This document shows, piece by piece, positions 29,118 through 38,883 of a stretch of DNA of 64,000 nucleotides. Under the pieces are notes generated by a model. It saw only the letters and a list, made by a program, of their open reading frames with translations, was not told where the DNA came from and made no database searches. Origin of the DNA: an uncultured Acidimicrobiia bacterium (GTDB lineage Bacteria > Actinomycetota > Acidimicrobiia > Spongiisociales > ZC4RG35). The stretch spans positions 31,916-95,915 of the forward strand of contig CAVUUV010000010.1 in assembly GCA_963744905.1 (NCBI GenBank), written 5' to 3'. Numbering within the stretch: the stretch's first letter is position 1; each line of letters opens with the position of its first letter. Both the position numbers and the translations under genes were made by a program.

Positions 29118-30313
29118 CCGGCGATGCGGTACAGGAAGGCCGCCATCTCGCCACGGGTCACTTTGGCCCCAGGGCAGAAGGAGTCGGGACCGCACCCCTG
29201 CGTTATCCCGGCCGCGGCAATGGCATTGATGTCGCTCTCGTAGACACTGCCGTTGTCATCGCTGAAGTAATCGATCGTGGCCACGGGCAAGCCCAGGGCA
29301 CGTCGAATGAATGCCGCCATCTGCCCCCGGGTCACCGACTTCTCGGGACAGTACTCGTTGTTGGTAGGCGGATTACAGCCCCTGGTTATCCCATCCGCCG
29401 CAATCGCGTTGATGTCTCCCTCGAATATCGACGAGTTGTCGTCGACGAAGTAGTCCTCACTGGCAGAATTCAGGTCAAGAACCCGGTTGAAGAAGGCCGC
29501 CATCTGACCTCTGGTGACGGGATCTCCGGGGCAGTAGAAATACTTGGAGCAACCGCTCGTGTACTCGTTGTCGACCATCCACTGGACGGCATCGACGAAG
29601 GTGTGGTCGGCGGGCACGTCGGCAAAGGGACCATCGCTGCCGTAAACCGGGCTCTCGTTGGAGGCATACACATGGACCGGCATCCCCATGAACATGTAGT
29701 GGTTTATGTAGTCGCTGTCCCAAATGGTGAGCCGAACACAGCCATGAGAGGCCGGATAGGGAGGCACCGAGGTCGAGCCGTGGATGGCGATGCCACCGTT
29801 GAAGAACCAGGGGTTCAACATCTCACCCAGATAGGAGGTGTACCACCCGTACTCACGGCGGAACACCTTGTAGTCCCCGGTAGGAGTGACGGCGCGAACC
29901 GGGTTACCGGAGTAGTTGAGGAAGATCTCGCCGCTCCCCGACGAAATCGGGAAGGTGGCCTTCAGCTTCCCGTCGACGAATAGGTGGGCGGTCTGCTTGG
30001 CCAGATTGATCTCAACCCGGTCTGGTTCGTCGAATCTTGTGTAGGGAGCCTGATAGATCATCAGGTCATCCCAGAGCGAGTCGCTCCACGAATAGGAGCG
30101 AGCCACCCCGATCTCCTTGCGAAACGCCATCACCGCGTTTTGCGTCTTCGCCCCGTACTTGCCGTCGATCGGGCCCCGATAAAGACCCTTGTCTGCCAGG
30201 GCCCTCTGCAGGCTGGTGGTGCTCACCGCGGCCTGTGCCGGCTGGGTGGGAAGCGTCGGCACCAGGGACAGGGCGACGAGGAGCATCAGGATGGGTAGGA
30301 GGAAGCGCCGCAT
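29114..30313 (-). CDS. L,D-transpeptidase with PG-binding domain and C-terminal SLH repeats
   Basis: Signal peptide; IDGKYGAKT; AIHG...SHGCVRL; three TRG(Q/E)MAAF repeats. Confidence 0.88.
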   Translation of the reverse strand: MRRFLLPILMLLVALSLVPTLPTQPAQAAVSTTSLQRALADKGLYRGPIDGKYGAKTQNAVMAFRKEIGVARSYSWSDSLWDDLMIYQAPYTRFDEPDRVEINLAKQTAHLFVDGKLKATFPISSGSGEIFLNYSGNPVRAVTPTGDYKVFRREYGWYTSYLGEMLNPWFFNGGIAIHGSTSVPPYPASHGCVRLTIWDSDYINHYMFMGMPVHVYASNESPVYGSDGPFADVPADHTFVDAVQWMVDNEYTSGCSKYFYCPGDPVTRGQMAAFFNRVLDLNSASEDYFVDDNSSIFEGDINAIAADGITRGCNPPTNNEYCPEKSVTRGQMAAFIRRALGLPVATIDYFSDDNGSVYESDINAIAAAGITQGCGPDSFCPGAKVTRGEMAAFLYRIAG

Positions 30314-30597
30314 TACCGCTCAGGCTAGGGGACCCTGTGCCCTGCCACAAAGCGATATCTGGGGCTCAAACCGGGACCCTCCGGAGGCTGGAGACCGAAG
30401 CCCCGTCGTAACCGTATCTCCGTCTTGATTTCTGGATCGAGACCTGAGCGGATCGGTTCTGGCACACAGGTTCGGGCATTGTCGCCTCGGCTTCACGATC
30501 GATCTTTGCGCACGGGACGGTCAGGGTGGCGCGGGACGCAAGAGCGGTGCATATGCTCGGGGAGTGACTGAACTGTGGGTATTGGCGGCTCGACCCG

Positions 30598-31461
30598 ATG
30601 CGGATTGAAACGCGACGGCGGTTTCGCCAGGTCGACGTGTTTGGAAGCGGTCCGATCTCGGGAAACCCTTTGGCCGTGGTGGTGGACGCTGACGGTTTGA
30701 GCACCGAGGACATGCTGGGGCTGACTCGGTGGATGAACCTGTCGGAATCCACCTTCCTCCTGCCCCCGATCAGTCCCGAGGCCGACTACCGGGTGCGAAT
30801 ATTCACGCTGGCGGGCGAGCTCACCTTCGCCGGCCATCCCACCCTGGGCTCATGTCATTCGTGGCTGGCGGCCGGTGGCGAGCCGGGCCGAGGCGACGTG
30901 ATAGTTCAGGAGTGTGGTGCCGGCCTCATACGTATCAAGCGGGACGGCGAATCCCTTGCCTTCGCCGCCCCTCCTCTCGAGCGTGAGGGTCCAATCGAAG
31001 AAGAGCTGCTGGCCGAGATCGTGGCCGTCCTCGACATCGACCGGACCGCCGTCGTGGACGCGGCCTGGGTGGATAACGGGCCCGGATGGGTAGGAGTGCT
31101 TCTCGATGACGCCGAAGCCGTGCTGGCCATCGACCCTCACGACGAACTAGTCCCGGATGGGGCCAGTCTGGACATCGGCGTGGTCGGCCCTCATTCTGCA
31201 GACTCCGAGTTTGCCTTCGAGGTCCGGGCCTTCTTTTCGGACGACCACGGCAACCTAAGAGAGGATCCGGTCACGGGCAGTCTCAACGCCTCGCTGGGCC
31301 AGTGGCTCTTGGGCAGCGAGCGGGCCGCGGCGCCCTACCTGGCGAGACAGGGAACCCGTCTGGGGCGGTCCGGGCGTATTCTGGTCGACCAGGATGAAGA
31401 GGGGACGATCTGGGTCGGGGGCGCCACGGTCACGGTTGTAGATGGAACCATCGCCCTCTGA
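30598..31461 (+). CDS. PhzF family epimerase/isomerase
   Basis: QVDVF, GNPLAVV, NLSEST, FAGHPT, EDPVTGS motifs. Confidence 0.9.
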   Translation: MRIETRRRFRQVDVFGSGPISGNPLAVVVDADGLSTEDMLGLTRWMNLSESTFLLPPISPEADYRVRIFTLAGELTFAGHPTLGSCHSWLAAGGEPGRGDVIVQECGAGLIRIKRDGESLAFAAPPLEREGPIEEELLAEIVAVLDIDRTAVVDAAWVDNGPGWVGVLLDDAEAVLAIDPHDELVPDGASLDIGVVGPHSADSEFAFEVRAFFSDDHGNLREDPVTGSLNASLGQWLLGSERAAAPYLARQGTRLGRSGRILVDQDEEGTIWVGGATVTVVDGTIAL

Positions 31462-31539
31462 TCGAGGCCCCGAGCAACCTCTCTGCGTCGCATTCCGGCC
31501 TTCCCACACCGGGTACGAGCCTGTATCCTCGGCCTGCCG

Positions 31540-31613
31540 GCGGGTGTAGTTCAATGGTAGAACACGAGCTTCCCAAGCTCGGGACGCGGGTTCGATTCCC
31601 GTCACCCGCTCCA
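31540..31613 (+). tRNA. tRNA-Gly(CCC)
   Basis: Cloverleaf GCGGGTG...CACCCGC-TCCA; anticodon arm CGAGC-TTCCCAA-GCTCG; GGTTCGATTCC T-loop. Confidence 0.95.
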
Positions 31614-31663
31614 TCTATCAATATCTACACCTCGCCCGCTCCACCAACATCCAACCCCCGCAC

Positions 31664-31720
31664 ACACGAGACTCCACCCAACGGCTCCGGACGCAGGTTC
31701 CATTCCCATCACCCGCTCCA
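31664..31720 (+). pseudogene. Degenerate copy of tRNA-Gly 3' part (att-like scar)
   Basis: 31689-31720 matches the last 32 nt of the tRNA with 3 mismatches; weaker match back to ACACGAG. Confidence 0.75.
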
Positions 31721-31762
31721 CCCACCATCTAACGAGAATAGGCTGGTGAACCAGACGAAATT

Positions 31763-31799
31763 GCCCGCCTCTTTGGCCCTTCGGGGCCGGGAGGCGGGT
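31763..31799 (+). terminator. GC-rich hairpin with UUCG tetraloop
   Basis: GCCCGCCTCTTTGGCCC-TTCG-GGGCCGGGAGGCGGGT. Confidence 0.55.
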
Positions 31800-32166
31800 A
31801 TGTCTAGTTGGGTGTGTCTCCGTCAACCCTGGCGGTAGTTGGAGGCACACTCAACGGGTGTCGCCTGGCCATGCAGGTACCTCGTCTCCATATCAGTGCA
31901 TCATCGCCACAGGGTCAGAACCCCGGCGCCCTGGGCTGCGCAGGTCGGCGTCACGCTTCTCTCGTCGAAACCTCGTCACAAGGCCGTCGTAGCGGCCGAT
32001 CTCGTCCACCGAGACCAGGTGAAGAAGTCTGAAATCGCGCGCAACGTTGAGCGGCCAAGATCCGGCAAGTAGACGAACCAAGATTCGACATCGGACGCTA
32101 TCGGGACCTCCCGAAGCCAGCGTTCTCCCAGGTCAGCGAGTTTCGTTAGCTCCCGTCCCACCCAGG

Positions 32167-33405
32167 TCAGGACGCCGCCTCCAGTTCACCGTCGCTCGTG
32201 ATCGGGGCTTGATTCTCGACAACTTCCTCTACCTGCAGGACCATGGCGGCCGAGGCGGCGAGACCGGCGGCGAGGACGAGGCCGAAGGCGGCGTAGCCGG
32301 GGCCGGCAATGACGGCACCGCCGATGAGGCCGCCCAGGAGATAACCCATCTGGGTGAGCCCGGTCCGGGTAGCCATCATCGCCCCGGGATGATTTGGGAG
32401 CTGACTCAAACCCAGGGCGGCCGAGGTCGGGGTACGAACTCCCGCCACCAGCCCGATCAACCCGCACAGGCCGGCCGCCCAGGCCAACCGGTTGGCCCCG
32501 CCCAAGAGGAAGGCGAGAAGAATGGCCGTTCCCACTGCCGAGGTTGCCACGACATGGCGCCTCTGGAAGCGCTGGGACAGGGAACCGCTGCGGGTGGCCG
32601 AGATCATGTAGGTGGCGGGACCTATGGCCAGCAGCCAACCGACCTGGGTCTCGCCTGCGCCCAGCTTCTGGATGAAGAAGGCGCCGTTGAAGGTGAGGAA
32701 GGCCGTCCAGGCTGTGTAGGCGATCAGCTCGGCTGCTATCCACCTCCTCGCCGTGGGGACCGAGAGCACCGTACGTAGCCGTACCGATCGGTTGGCCTGC
32801 TCTACAGGTGATGCGGTCGGCACCAGGGCCAGAGCGATCAGGGCCAGTGCCGCCGGGACGGCCAGTGCCCAGCGCCAGGAGAAGTGCTCGGTGATGAATC
32901 CCACCACGGGATTCACCGCGATCCATGCCCCGGCGTTGGCTGCTGCCAGATACCCCATCGTCCGACCTCTGTCTTCAGAGGGAAAGGCCGCCACCCCTGC
33001 AAAGCCGGCCGAGAGCAGGCAAGCGAATCCGAATCCAATCACGGCATGCGCCACCAGGAAAAGGGGAAGGACCGGAGCCGCCGCCACGGCAATGCACCCG
33101 ACAACGGCGCTTACGGCGCCTACACCGAGCAACCTGGGCACGCCGATGCGGTCGATCCGGGAAGTGGCCAGAACCGCTACCACGATGGCCATGGCAGCGG
33201 TGACGGTTCGTGCCTGAGCCACGGCGCTGACCGAGGTGCCCAGGTCGTGCGCCATGGCCACCATCGTCGGCGCCAGCACGGCCAACAGAGCCTGGGAGGC
33301 TCCGGTGCCGACAACCAGTGGGGTGAGTCGTCCTCGCTTTCCGCCAGGGCCATCGCTCGACTCGAGATGGGATTCGGTCTGGTTTCGATTTGATTCGGTG
33401 GCCAT
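32167..33405 (-). CDS. MFS transporter
   Basis: About 12 TM helices; IDRIG and RGRTMG loops; start uncertain. Confidence 0.8.
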   Translation of the reverse strand: MATESNRNQTESHLESSDGPGGKRGRLTPLVVGTGASQALLAVLAPTMVAMAHDLGTSVSAVAQARTVTAAMAIVVAVLATSRIDRIGVPRLLGVGAVSAVVGCIAVAAAPVLPLFLVAHAVIGFGFACLLSAGFAGVAAFPSEDRGRTMGYLAAANAGAWIAVNPVVGFITEHFSWRWALAVPAALALIALALVPTASPVEQANRSVRLRTVLSVPTARRWIAAELIAYTAWTAFLTFNGAFFIQKLGAGETQVGWLLAIGPATYMISATRSGSLSQRFQRRHVVATSAVGTAILLAFLLGGANRLAWAAGLCGLIGLVAGVRTPTSAALGLSQLPNHPGAMMATRTGLTQMGYLLGGLIGGAVIAGPGYAAFGLVLAAGLAASAAMVLQVEEVVENQAPITSDGELEAAS

Positions 33406-33487
33406 GGCAGCCAACGTACGGAAGGGTGCAATTGCTGCCTTCGGTGGCACTACGCATTCAGCCCGGCGAGGAGTTGGGGGTTACCAC

Positions 33488-33539
33488 ACAACGTCTGTTC
33501 AGGCCGGGTCGAGACAACGCCTGTTCAGGCCGGGTCGAG
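33488..33539. repeat. 26-bp tandem duplication
   Basis: ACAACG(T/C)CTGTTCAGGCCGGGTCGAG x2, spanning the stop of the hydrolase-LuxR gene. Confidence 0.85.
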
Positions 33540-34586
33540 CTCGCTGAGCAGGGCGGCCGCACCGGCCCGGGCCGACTTGCCGGAGAGCCCCAACTTGGCG
33601 TAGATGTTGGACAGGTGCCTCTCCACCGTCCTCGGGCTGAGATAGAGCCTCCCTGCCACCTGGGCATTGCTGAGGCCTCGGGCCACGAGCCTTAGCACCT
33701 CCAGTTCTCGGGGACTCAGGTCCTCGACGATCGGCGACGGAGCAGGTGCTTCGCCCAGGAAACGGCGGAGCCCGGAGGTGAAAGTGGCCCAGGCCGGCTC
33801 ATCCGGCAACAGGACGTGGTTGCGGCTCTCCAGCGGGAGGAGCCGGGCCTCTGGTATCTCGGCGGCGATCAACCGGCCCTCCTCGAAGGGAACTGCCACC
33901 TCATCCCGCGAGTGAGCGACCAGGGTGGGCGTGTGGCACCGGGCCAGTAGATCCGTGATGTCCACTTCGCCCCATACCGAGCGAAGCCGAACCGCCATTT
34001 CGGGGGTGGTCGAGATGCGCATCAGCTCGTCGAACCAGTCCTTCTGCTCCTCGGTCGCCCCGGGCACGAAAAGGGTGGTGAACACCCGGCGGAACTTGGG
34101 GTCGGATTCTCCCCACCCGACTCTGACGATGGACTGAAGTAGCTCCGCCTCGGCTCGTTGCTCGTCACTGAGACCGCGGCGATGGCGGCCCCGGGCATAG
34201 GCACCGCACAGGATGAGCCGGCTAACCCGGTCGGGGTGCTCCACGGCATAGCGGATGGCGGCGGTACCGCCCTGGGAGATCCCCAGCAGTGTGAAGCGAT
34301 CCAGCTCCGCACTGTCGATGACCGTTTCGAGATCACCGACGAAAGCGTCGAAGCTCAACTCGGCCGGGTCCCGGTCGGAGAGCCCGCAGCCGCGTTCGTC
34401 GTAGCGGATCACCCGATGTCCTCGGCCCAGCTCATCCCACCAGTGCCGCCACAGCGGACTCTGCCAGTCGAATTCCAGGTGCGTGACCCAGTTCGCCACC
34501 TTGACGATCGGGGGTCCCTTGCCGAAGGTGGCATAGGCAAGACGCACTCCGTCGGGCGCCGTGCAGAAACGAATCTGCTGCTCCAT
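33525..34586 (-). CDS. Alpha/beta hydrolase-LuxR HTH fusion regulator
   Basis: YDERGCGLSD, GISQGG, NH; C-terminal LSPRELEVL..GLSN..SPRTVERHLSNIYAKLG. Confidence 0.9.
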   Translation of the reverse strand: MEQQIRFCTAPDGVRLAYATFGKGPPIVKVANWVTHLEFDWQSPLWRHWWDELGRGHRVIRYDERGCGLSDRDPAELSFDAFVGDLETVIDSAELDRFTLLGISQGGTAAIRYAVEHPDRVSRLILCGAYARGRHRRGLSDEQRAEAELLQSIVRVGWGESDPKFRRVFTTLFVPGATEEQKDWFDELMRISTTPEMAVRLRSVWGEVDITDLLARCHTPTLVAHSRDEVAVPFEEGRLIAAEIPEARLLPLESRNHVLLPDEPAWATFTSGLRRFLGEAPAPSPIVEDLSPRELEVLRLVARGLSNAQVAGRLYLSPRTVERHLSNIYAKLGLSGKSARAGAAALLSELDPA

Positions 34587-34634
34587 CGAGCCCCAGGCTA
34601 AGGAGTACTGAGGCTGGACGACGCAAAGGGCTTC

Positions 34635-34680
34635 ACTCTGTGAACATTCGTCGCGGCGTTAGCCGCGAAAAGGTTCACAG
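34635..34680. repeat. Palindromic REP-like element (copy B)
   Basis: ACTCTGTGAAC...GCGAAAAGGTTCACA shared with 2684-2728. Confidence 0.7.
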
Positions 34681-34732
34681 ACAGGGAGATCCTCCGACGA
34701 GGGTGGACCCGTCGACGATGGAAGGAGAGGCA

Positions 34733-36289
34733 ATGTCGGGAGGGGTGGAGATAGAAATCAGCCGCAAGCCGATGACCATTGACGAGGTGAGCTCGGTTGC
34801 CGAGGGGTCGCCGGTGCGACTGTCCGGGGAAGTCGTCGAACTGATCCTCCACAGCCGTCGAGTACTGGACGAGGCGATCGAGCGGGGCGACGCCATCTAC
34901 GGCGCTACCACCGGACTGGGTCACGCCCGCAACCACCAGCTCTCCGCCGGGGAGATGGAACTGATCCAGGCCACCTATGCGGAGATGCATGTGGGAGCCA
35001 TGGGTGGACAACTCCCGGTGGACCGGGTCCGCGCAGCGATGGTGGTCCGCCTGAACGGCTTCGCCCGAGGCGGGTCGGGGATCTCCCTGCCGGTGGCCGA
35101 GACTCTGGCCGCGTTTCTCAACCACGGCATCCACCCTCTCATCCCGGAACACGGCTCGGTGGGAGCGGGCGATCTGAGTCAGCTGGCGGTGCTCGCTCGT
35201 GCCCTCATCGGGAGGGGGCAGGTGGCGATGGCCGATGCCCGGCGACCCGCCGCCGAGGCCCTGGCCGGCCTCGGTCTGGCTCCGGTCGCGTTCAAACCCA
35301 AGGACGCCCTCACCGTCTTCTCCTCCAACGCCGTTGCGGTGGGCCACGCTGCTCTCCTGGTGACCCGGCTCGAGCAGCTGATGGACCTGGCCGATCTGGT
35401 GGCGGCCCTGGCGATGGAAGCCGTGTCGGCCAACACCTCGATCATCGATCCGGCAGTGGCCGTTGCCAGGGCGAGCAGCGGCCAGGAGGCCACCTCGGCC
35501 AACCTACGCGCCGCCCTGTCGGGTAGCACCCGGGTCGGGACCGGTCCGGGCGTCTCGGTCCAGGACCCACTCAGCTTCAGGGTGATTCCCCAGGTGCACG
35601 GTGCCCTGCGCGACATCGTCGACGGCTTCACCGATGCAGTGCTCTCCGAACTCAATGCGACTGCCGACAACCCCATGGTCGACCTGGCCACGGGACGTGT
35701 CTTGTCGAACGGGAACTTCCATCCGATGAACCTGGCCCTTGCCGCCGACTCGGTTCGGGTCGCTCTGGCCCATGTCGGGATGCTGTGCGACAGGAGAATG
35801 GGGCAACTCTGGGACAACCTGGTCAGTTCGATCCTGCCCCAGGAGGGCAAAGCAGATGTCGCCGCCCTCGCCCAGGGCGGGCGACCCGAGATGGCCGGGC
35901 TGGGGCTTCGCTATCCGGCCGCCAGCCGCTACACGCGCCTGCGCCATCTGGCCAACCCGATCACCCTGGACGTGCCGGTCCTGGATCTGTCGGTGGAAGA
36001 CCACGCCACCAACGCCCCCGAGGCTCTGGACCTGGTGGAGGAGGCGATAGACCTGGTCGAAGATCTGCTGGCGGTCGAGTTGCTGCTGGCCATTCCGACC
36101 CTCGGCCATCCCATACCCCTCGCCGATCTGGGCGAGGGCACCCGTTCTCTGGCGGACGGAGTGGTGAAGACTCTGGCCGGGCTGCCCTCCGATACCCAAC
36201 CCGACGCGGTGCACGGTCTGGTTCGGAAAGCCATGAAGCAGGGGTCCCCCGGATTCCGGGAGGCGACCGGCCGCTCCCACCGGAGCTAA
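34733..36289 (+). CDS. HAL/PAL-family ammonia-lyase homolog lacking the ASG (MIO) triad
   Basis: IYGATTGLG, GSVGAGDL, QDPLSFR, DNP, NGNFH, EDH motifs. Confidence 0.85.
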   Translation: MSGGVEIEISRKPMTIDEVSSVAEGSPVRLSGEVVELILHSRRVLDEAIERGDAIYGATTGLGHARNHQLSAGEMELIQATYAEMHVGAMGGQLPVDRVRAAMVVRLNGFARGGSGISLPVAETLAAFLNHGIHPLIPEHGSVGAGDLSQLAVLARALIGRGQVAMADARRPAAEALAGLGLAPVAFKPKDALTVFSSNAVAVGHAALLVTRLEQLMDLADLVAALAMEAVSANTSIIDPAVAVARASSGQEATSANLRAALSGSTRVGTGPGVSVQDPLSFRVIPQVHGALRDIVDGFTDAVLSELNATADNPMVDLATGRVLSNGNFHPMNLALAADSVRVALAHVGMLCDRRMGQLWDNLVSSILPQEGKADVAALAQGGRPEMAGLGLRYPAASRYTRLRHLANPITLDVPVLDLSVEDHATNAPEALDLVEEAIDLVEDLLAVELLLAIPTLGHPIPLADLGEGTRSLADGVVKTLAGLPSDTQPDAVHGLVRKAMKQGSPGFREATGRSHRS

Positions 36290-36318
36290 CCGTCGGTGAC
36301 GGGCACAATGGGCCACCG

Positions 36319-38101
36319 ATGGGTTGGCGGGACGACGAGCTTCAGACGATAACCGTTGACGACGCACCGGAGCCCGGTGGCGGAGACTCCGCTCGCCGAC
36401 CTTCGCTGTGGCTGGTGGGCACGCTGCTGTTGGGGGCGGTTCTCGCCATGGTGGGGGTGTCACGACGCGGCCCACCTCCCCCGACCACCGTTCCCCCGGT
36501 TCCCGAGATCGAAACTACGACCACGACCACCACCCTCCCGGCCCCCGACACGGCCTTCGACAGCGAGTCGGCCCTGACCTGGTCTCCGGCGTCGGGACTG
36601 ACCGACGTCACCCACCTCCGTTCAGTGACCCAACTCGGGCAGGCCTGGTATCTGGCGGCCGACACCGACAACGGCTCGGCTCTCTACACGTCGCCGACGG
36701 GGATTAGATGGGAACACCTGCCCGTCCCTGCCGGGCCGGGGGGGGAAGAGGCGGACCTGGGCTATCTGGTGCGGGTAGGAACGAAACTGGCCGCGGTAGG
36801 CAGCTTCGTGCGTCAAGATGGCAACCAAATCGGAGCGGTGTGGTGGTCACCGGATGGGAGTGAGTGGAACATGGATCCGCTGCCTGTCACAGAGCCCGCC
36901 GACGTCCCGCCCGGCACCCGAAGCACGGTGTACGTGACCGGGGCGGCCCGGGCCGGCGGCAACCTGGTGGTGACGGCAGGCGTGGTCTTCACCACCGTTC
37001 CCCGGCCGCTCACCAGCACCGGGGCGGGAGGAGCGGCTCCGAGCTGGGTGCCACCGGAGTGGGATGCCGCGGTGCAGTCATCGGAGGATCTACCGCTGAG
37101 CCTGTCATCGGAAGGGGTCGCCCTGGTGGTGGGGCCCTTCGTGGCCGATTTTCGGACATGGCAACAGCTCGGGTTCACCTACTACCGGAGCTCCACATAC
37201 GAGATGTGGGTGGGATACCCACCAGATCCGATGAATCCTGTCCCCAGTCCGGGAACCGGGATTCCGCCCCTTGGGAGCGCGCCCCGACAACGGCGATGGA
37301 TACGGCCTGACCTCCAGGTCCCGTCTGATGACATCATCCGACGGCACCCGGTGGGCACTGACCGACTCCCGCTCAGACGTGCAATCCGTGGCTCCCTGGC
37401 AGCGCGGCTGGGTCCGCAGCCTCGGCGATCAGATCGACTACTCGCCGGACGCCGATTGGGAAACCATCACGCCGGACAGTTTCCTGGGGCGGGACTGGCA
37501 TGTGGAGAACATCGAGTCCTCAGACCTGGGAATCGCCGGGCTGGCCATCGGGTTCGGGCCTGCGACCGAACCCGGCCGGGCGGACGTCTTGCGACAGGAG
37601 ACGGACGACGACGGGTCCGTCCTCTACACGCTCGATCCCGGCGCCGGGATGCTGTCGGTCCCCACGACGGAGGGAGGCGAGGTCAACTTCGACCTGAACC
37701 GGGGTGATATGTTCTACGTCTCGGCGAGTGGCGAATCCACCCTGATCCCGACCTCGTATGCCCAGCCGCCCGACACGCCGAACGGCTCGGTGTCTCTGCG
37801 GGGTACCGACCTCGTCTTCGGCGACGGAGAAGGCCACGAACTGGGGAGCATGCCGGTCAGCCGGTGGACCATCGCCTGGGAGGCTCTCATGTCCGGGCAT
37901 ACATTCAGGCCGGACATGGCTTTAGTCCACTCGCCCGACGGAGTGCGCTGGTCGGCACGTCGAGGGAGCGGGATCGCCGGATCGCTGGCTGAGGGCATCG
38001 ACTCGTTCGTCCTGGCCGACAGATTCGTTCTGGTGAGGCTGATCGGCGAAGACGCCCCGCCGGTGTGGGTGGGCTCGGGGCGCCCCCACTTCGGCGGGTA
38101 G
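36319..38101 (+). CDS. Membrane-anchored hypothetical protein with S.DG..W repeats (frameshift near 37270)
   Basis: N-terminal TM plus Thr/Pro linker; [14 protein letters not shown] in frame 1 and SSDGTRW, SPDGVRW in frame 2. Confidence 0.65.
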
Positions 38102-38111
38102 GATCCCCGCC

Positions 38112-38672
38112 GTGATCTTCTCCGACCACTCGATCCGGGAGGCCATCGCCGAGGGGCGGATCGCCATCGACCCGTTCGAGTCGTCCTTCGTACAACCGTC
38201 CAGTGTCGACCTGAGAGTCGACAGCGGCTTTCGGGTTTTCCAGAACCATCGCCACCCTTCCATCGATCCCCGCTCGCCCCAGGAAGACCTCACCAGGCTG
38301 GTCGAGGTGGGGAACGAGCCGTTCATGCTCCATCCCGGCGAGTTCGTGCTCGGCGCAACCCTGGAGAAGGTCCGACTGGGAGTCGACGTCGTCGCTCGCC
38401 TGGAGGGGAAATCCTCCCTGGGACGACTGGGGCTGTTGATCCACTCCACAGCCGGGTTCATCGATCCTGGCTTCGAAGGAGCCATCACCCTGGAGCTGTC
38501 CAACGTCGCCACATTGCCCATCGCCATCTATCCGGGGATGAAAATCGGTCAGATCAGCTTCTATCAGATGACAACGCCAGCCGATCATCCCTACGGGTCT
38601 CCCGAGCTGGGCTCCAAGTATCAGGGCCAGAGCGGACCCACTCCCAGCAGAGCCCACCGCGACTTTCCCTAA
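38112..38672 (+). CDS. dcd: dCTP deaminase
   Basis: [31 protein letters not shown] motifs. Confidence 0.95.
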   Translation: MIFSDHSIREAIAEGRIAIDPFESSFVQPSSVDLRVDSGFRVFQNHRHPSIDPRSPQEDLTRLVEVGNEPFMLHPGEFVLGATLEKVRLGVDVVARLEGKSSLGRLGLLIHSTAGFIDPGFEGAITLELSNVATLPIAIYPGMKIGQISFYQMTTPADHPYGSPELGSKYQGQSGPTPSRAHRDFP

Positions 38673-38696
38673 AGAAGTCAAAGTGGGCGCCGATAA
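38670..38696 (+). promoter_or_regulatory. Sigma28 (FliA/WhiG)-type promoter
   Basis: Exact TAAA-N15-GCCGATAA. Confidence 0.65.
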
Positions 38697-38702
38697 GGTC
38701 AA

Positions 38703-38820
38703 CGACAAACCACGGACCCACGTTGATCCTCCTTCCTCGGAGTCCCTTCCTCCTCCGATGCTCCCCCTTCAGGATCCGTGGAGAGTGAGAGGCCCCGGCG
38801 TAACGCCGGGGCCTCTACAT
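38703..38820 (+). ncRNA. Candidate C/U-rich small RNA
   Basis: Lies between the sigma28-type promoter and a 13-bp hairpin; nested stems with CCTCC/CCTTCC motifs; no credible ORF. Confidence 0.5.
38788..38816. terminator. Hairpin terminator between convergent units
   Basis: AGAGGCCCCGGCG-TAA-CGCCGGGGCCTCT. Confidence 0.75.
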
Positions 38821-38883
38821 TTGTCTTCACCTCGCTCGATCTCTGCCCGGAGCCCGGCCCCGCGACCAGACCGGCCGTCATGA

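Noticed and set aside
31255-31850. Short ORFs overlapping the tRNA
   Set aside because: Translations of tRNA and scar sequence (e.g. ERVTGIEPAS)
31800-32160. Integrase next to the tRNA
   Set aside because: Only short ORFs with no recognisable recombinase motifs
35785-37707. 640-aa ORF
   Set aside because: N-terminus overlaps the lyase out of frame and the tail is post-frameshift sequence; the real gene starts at 36319
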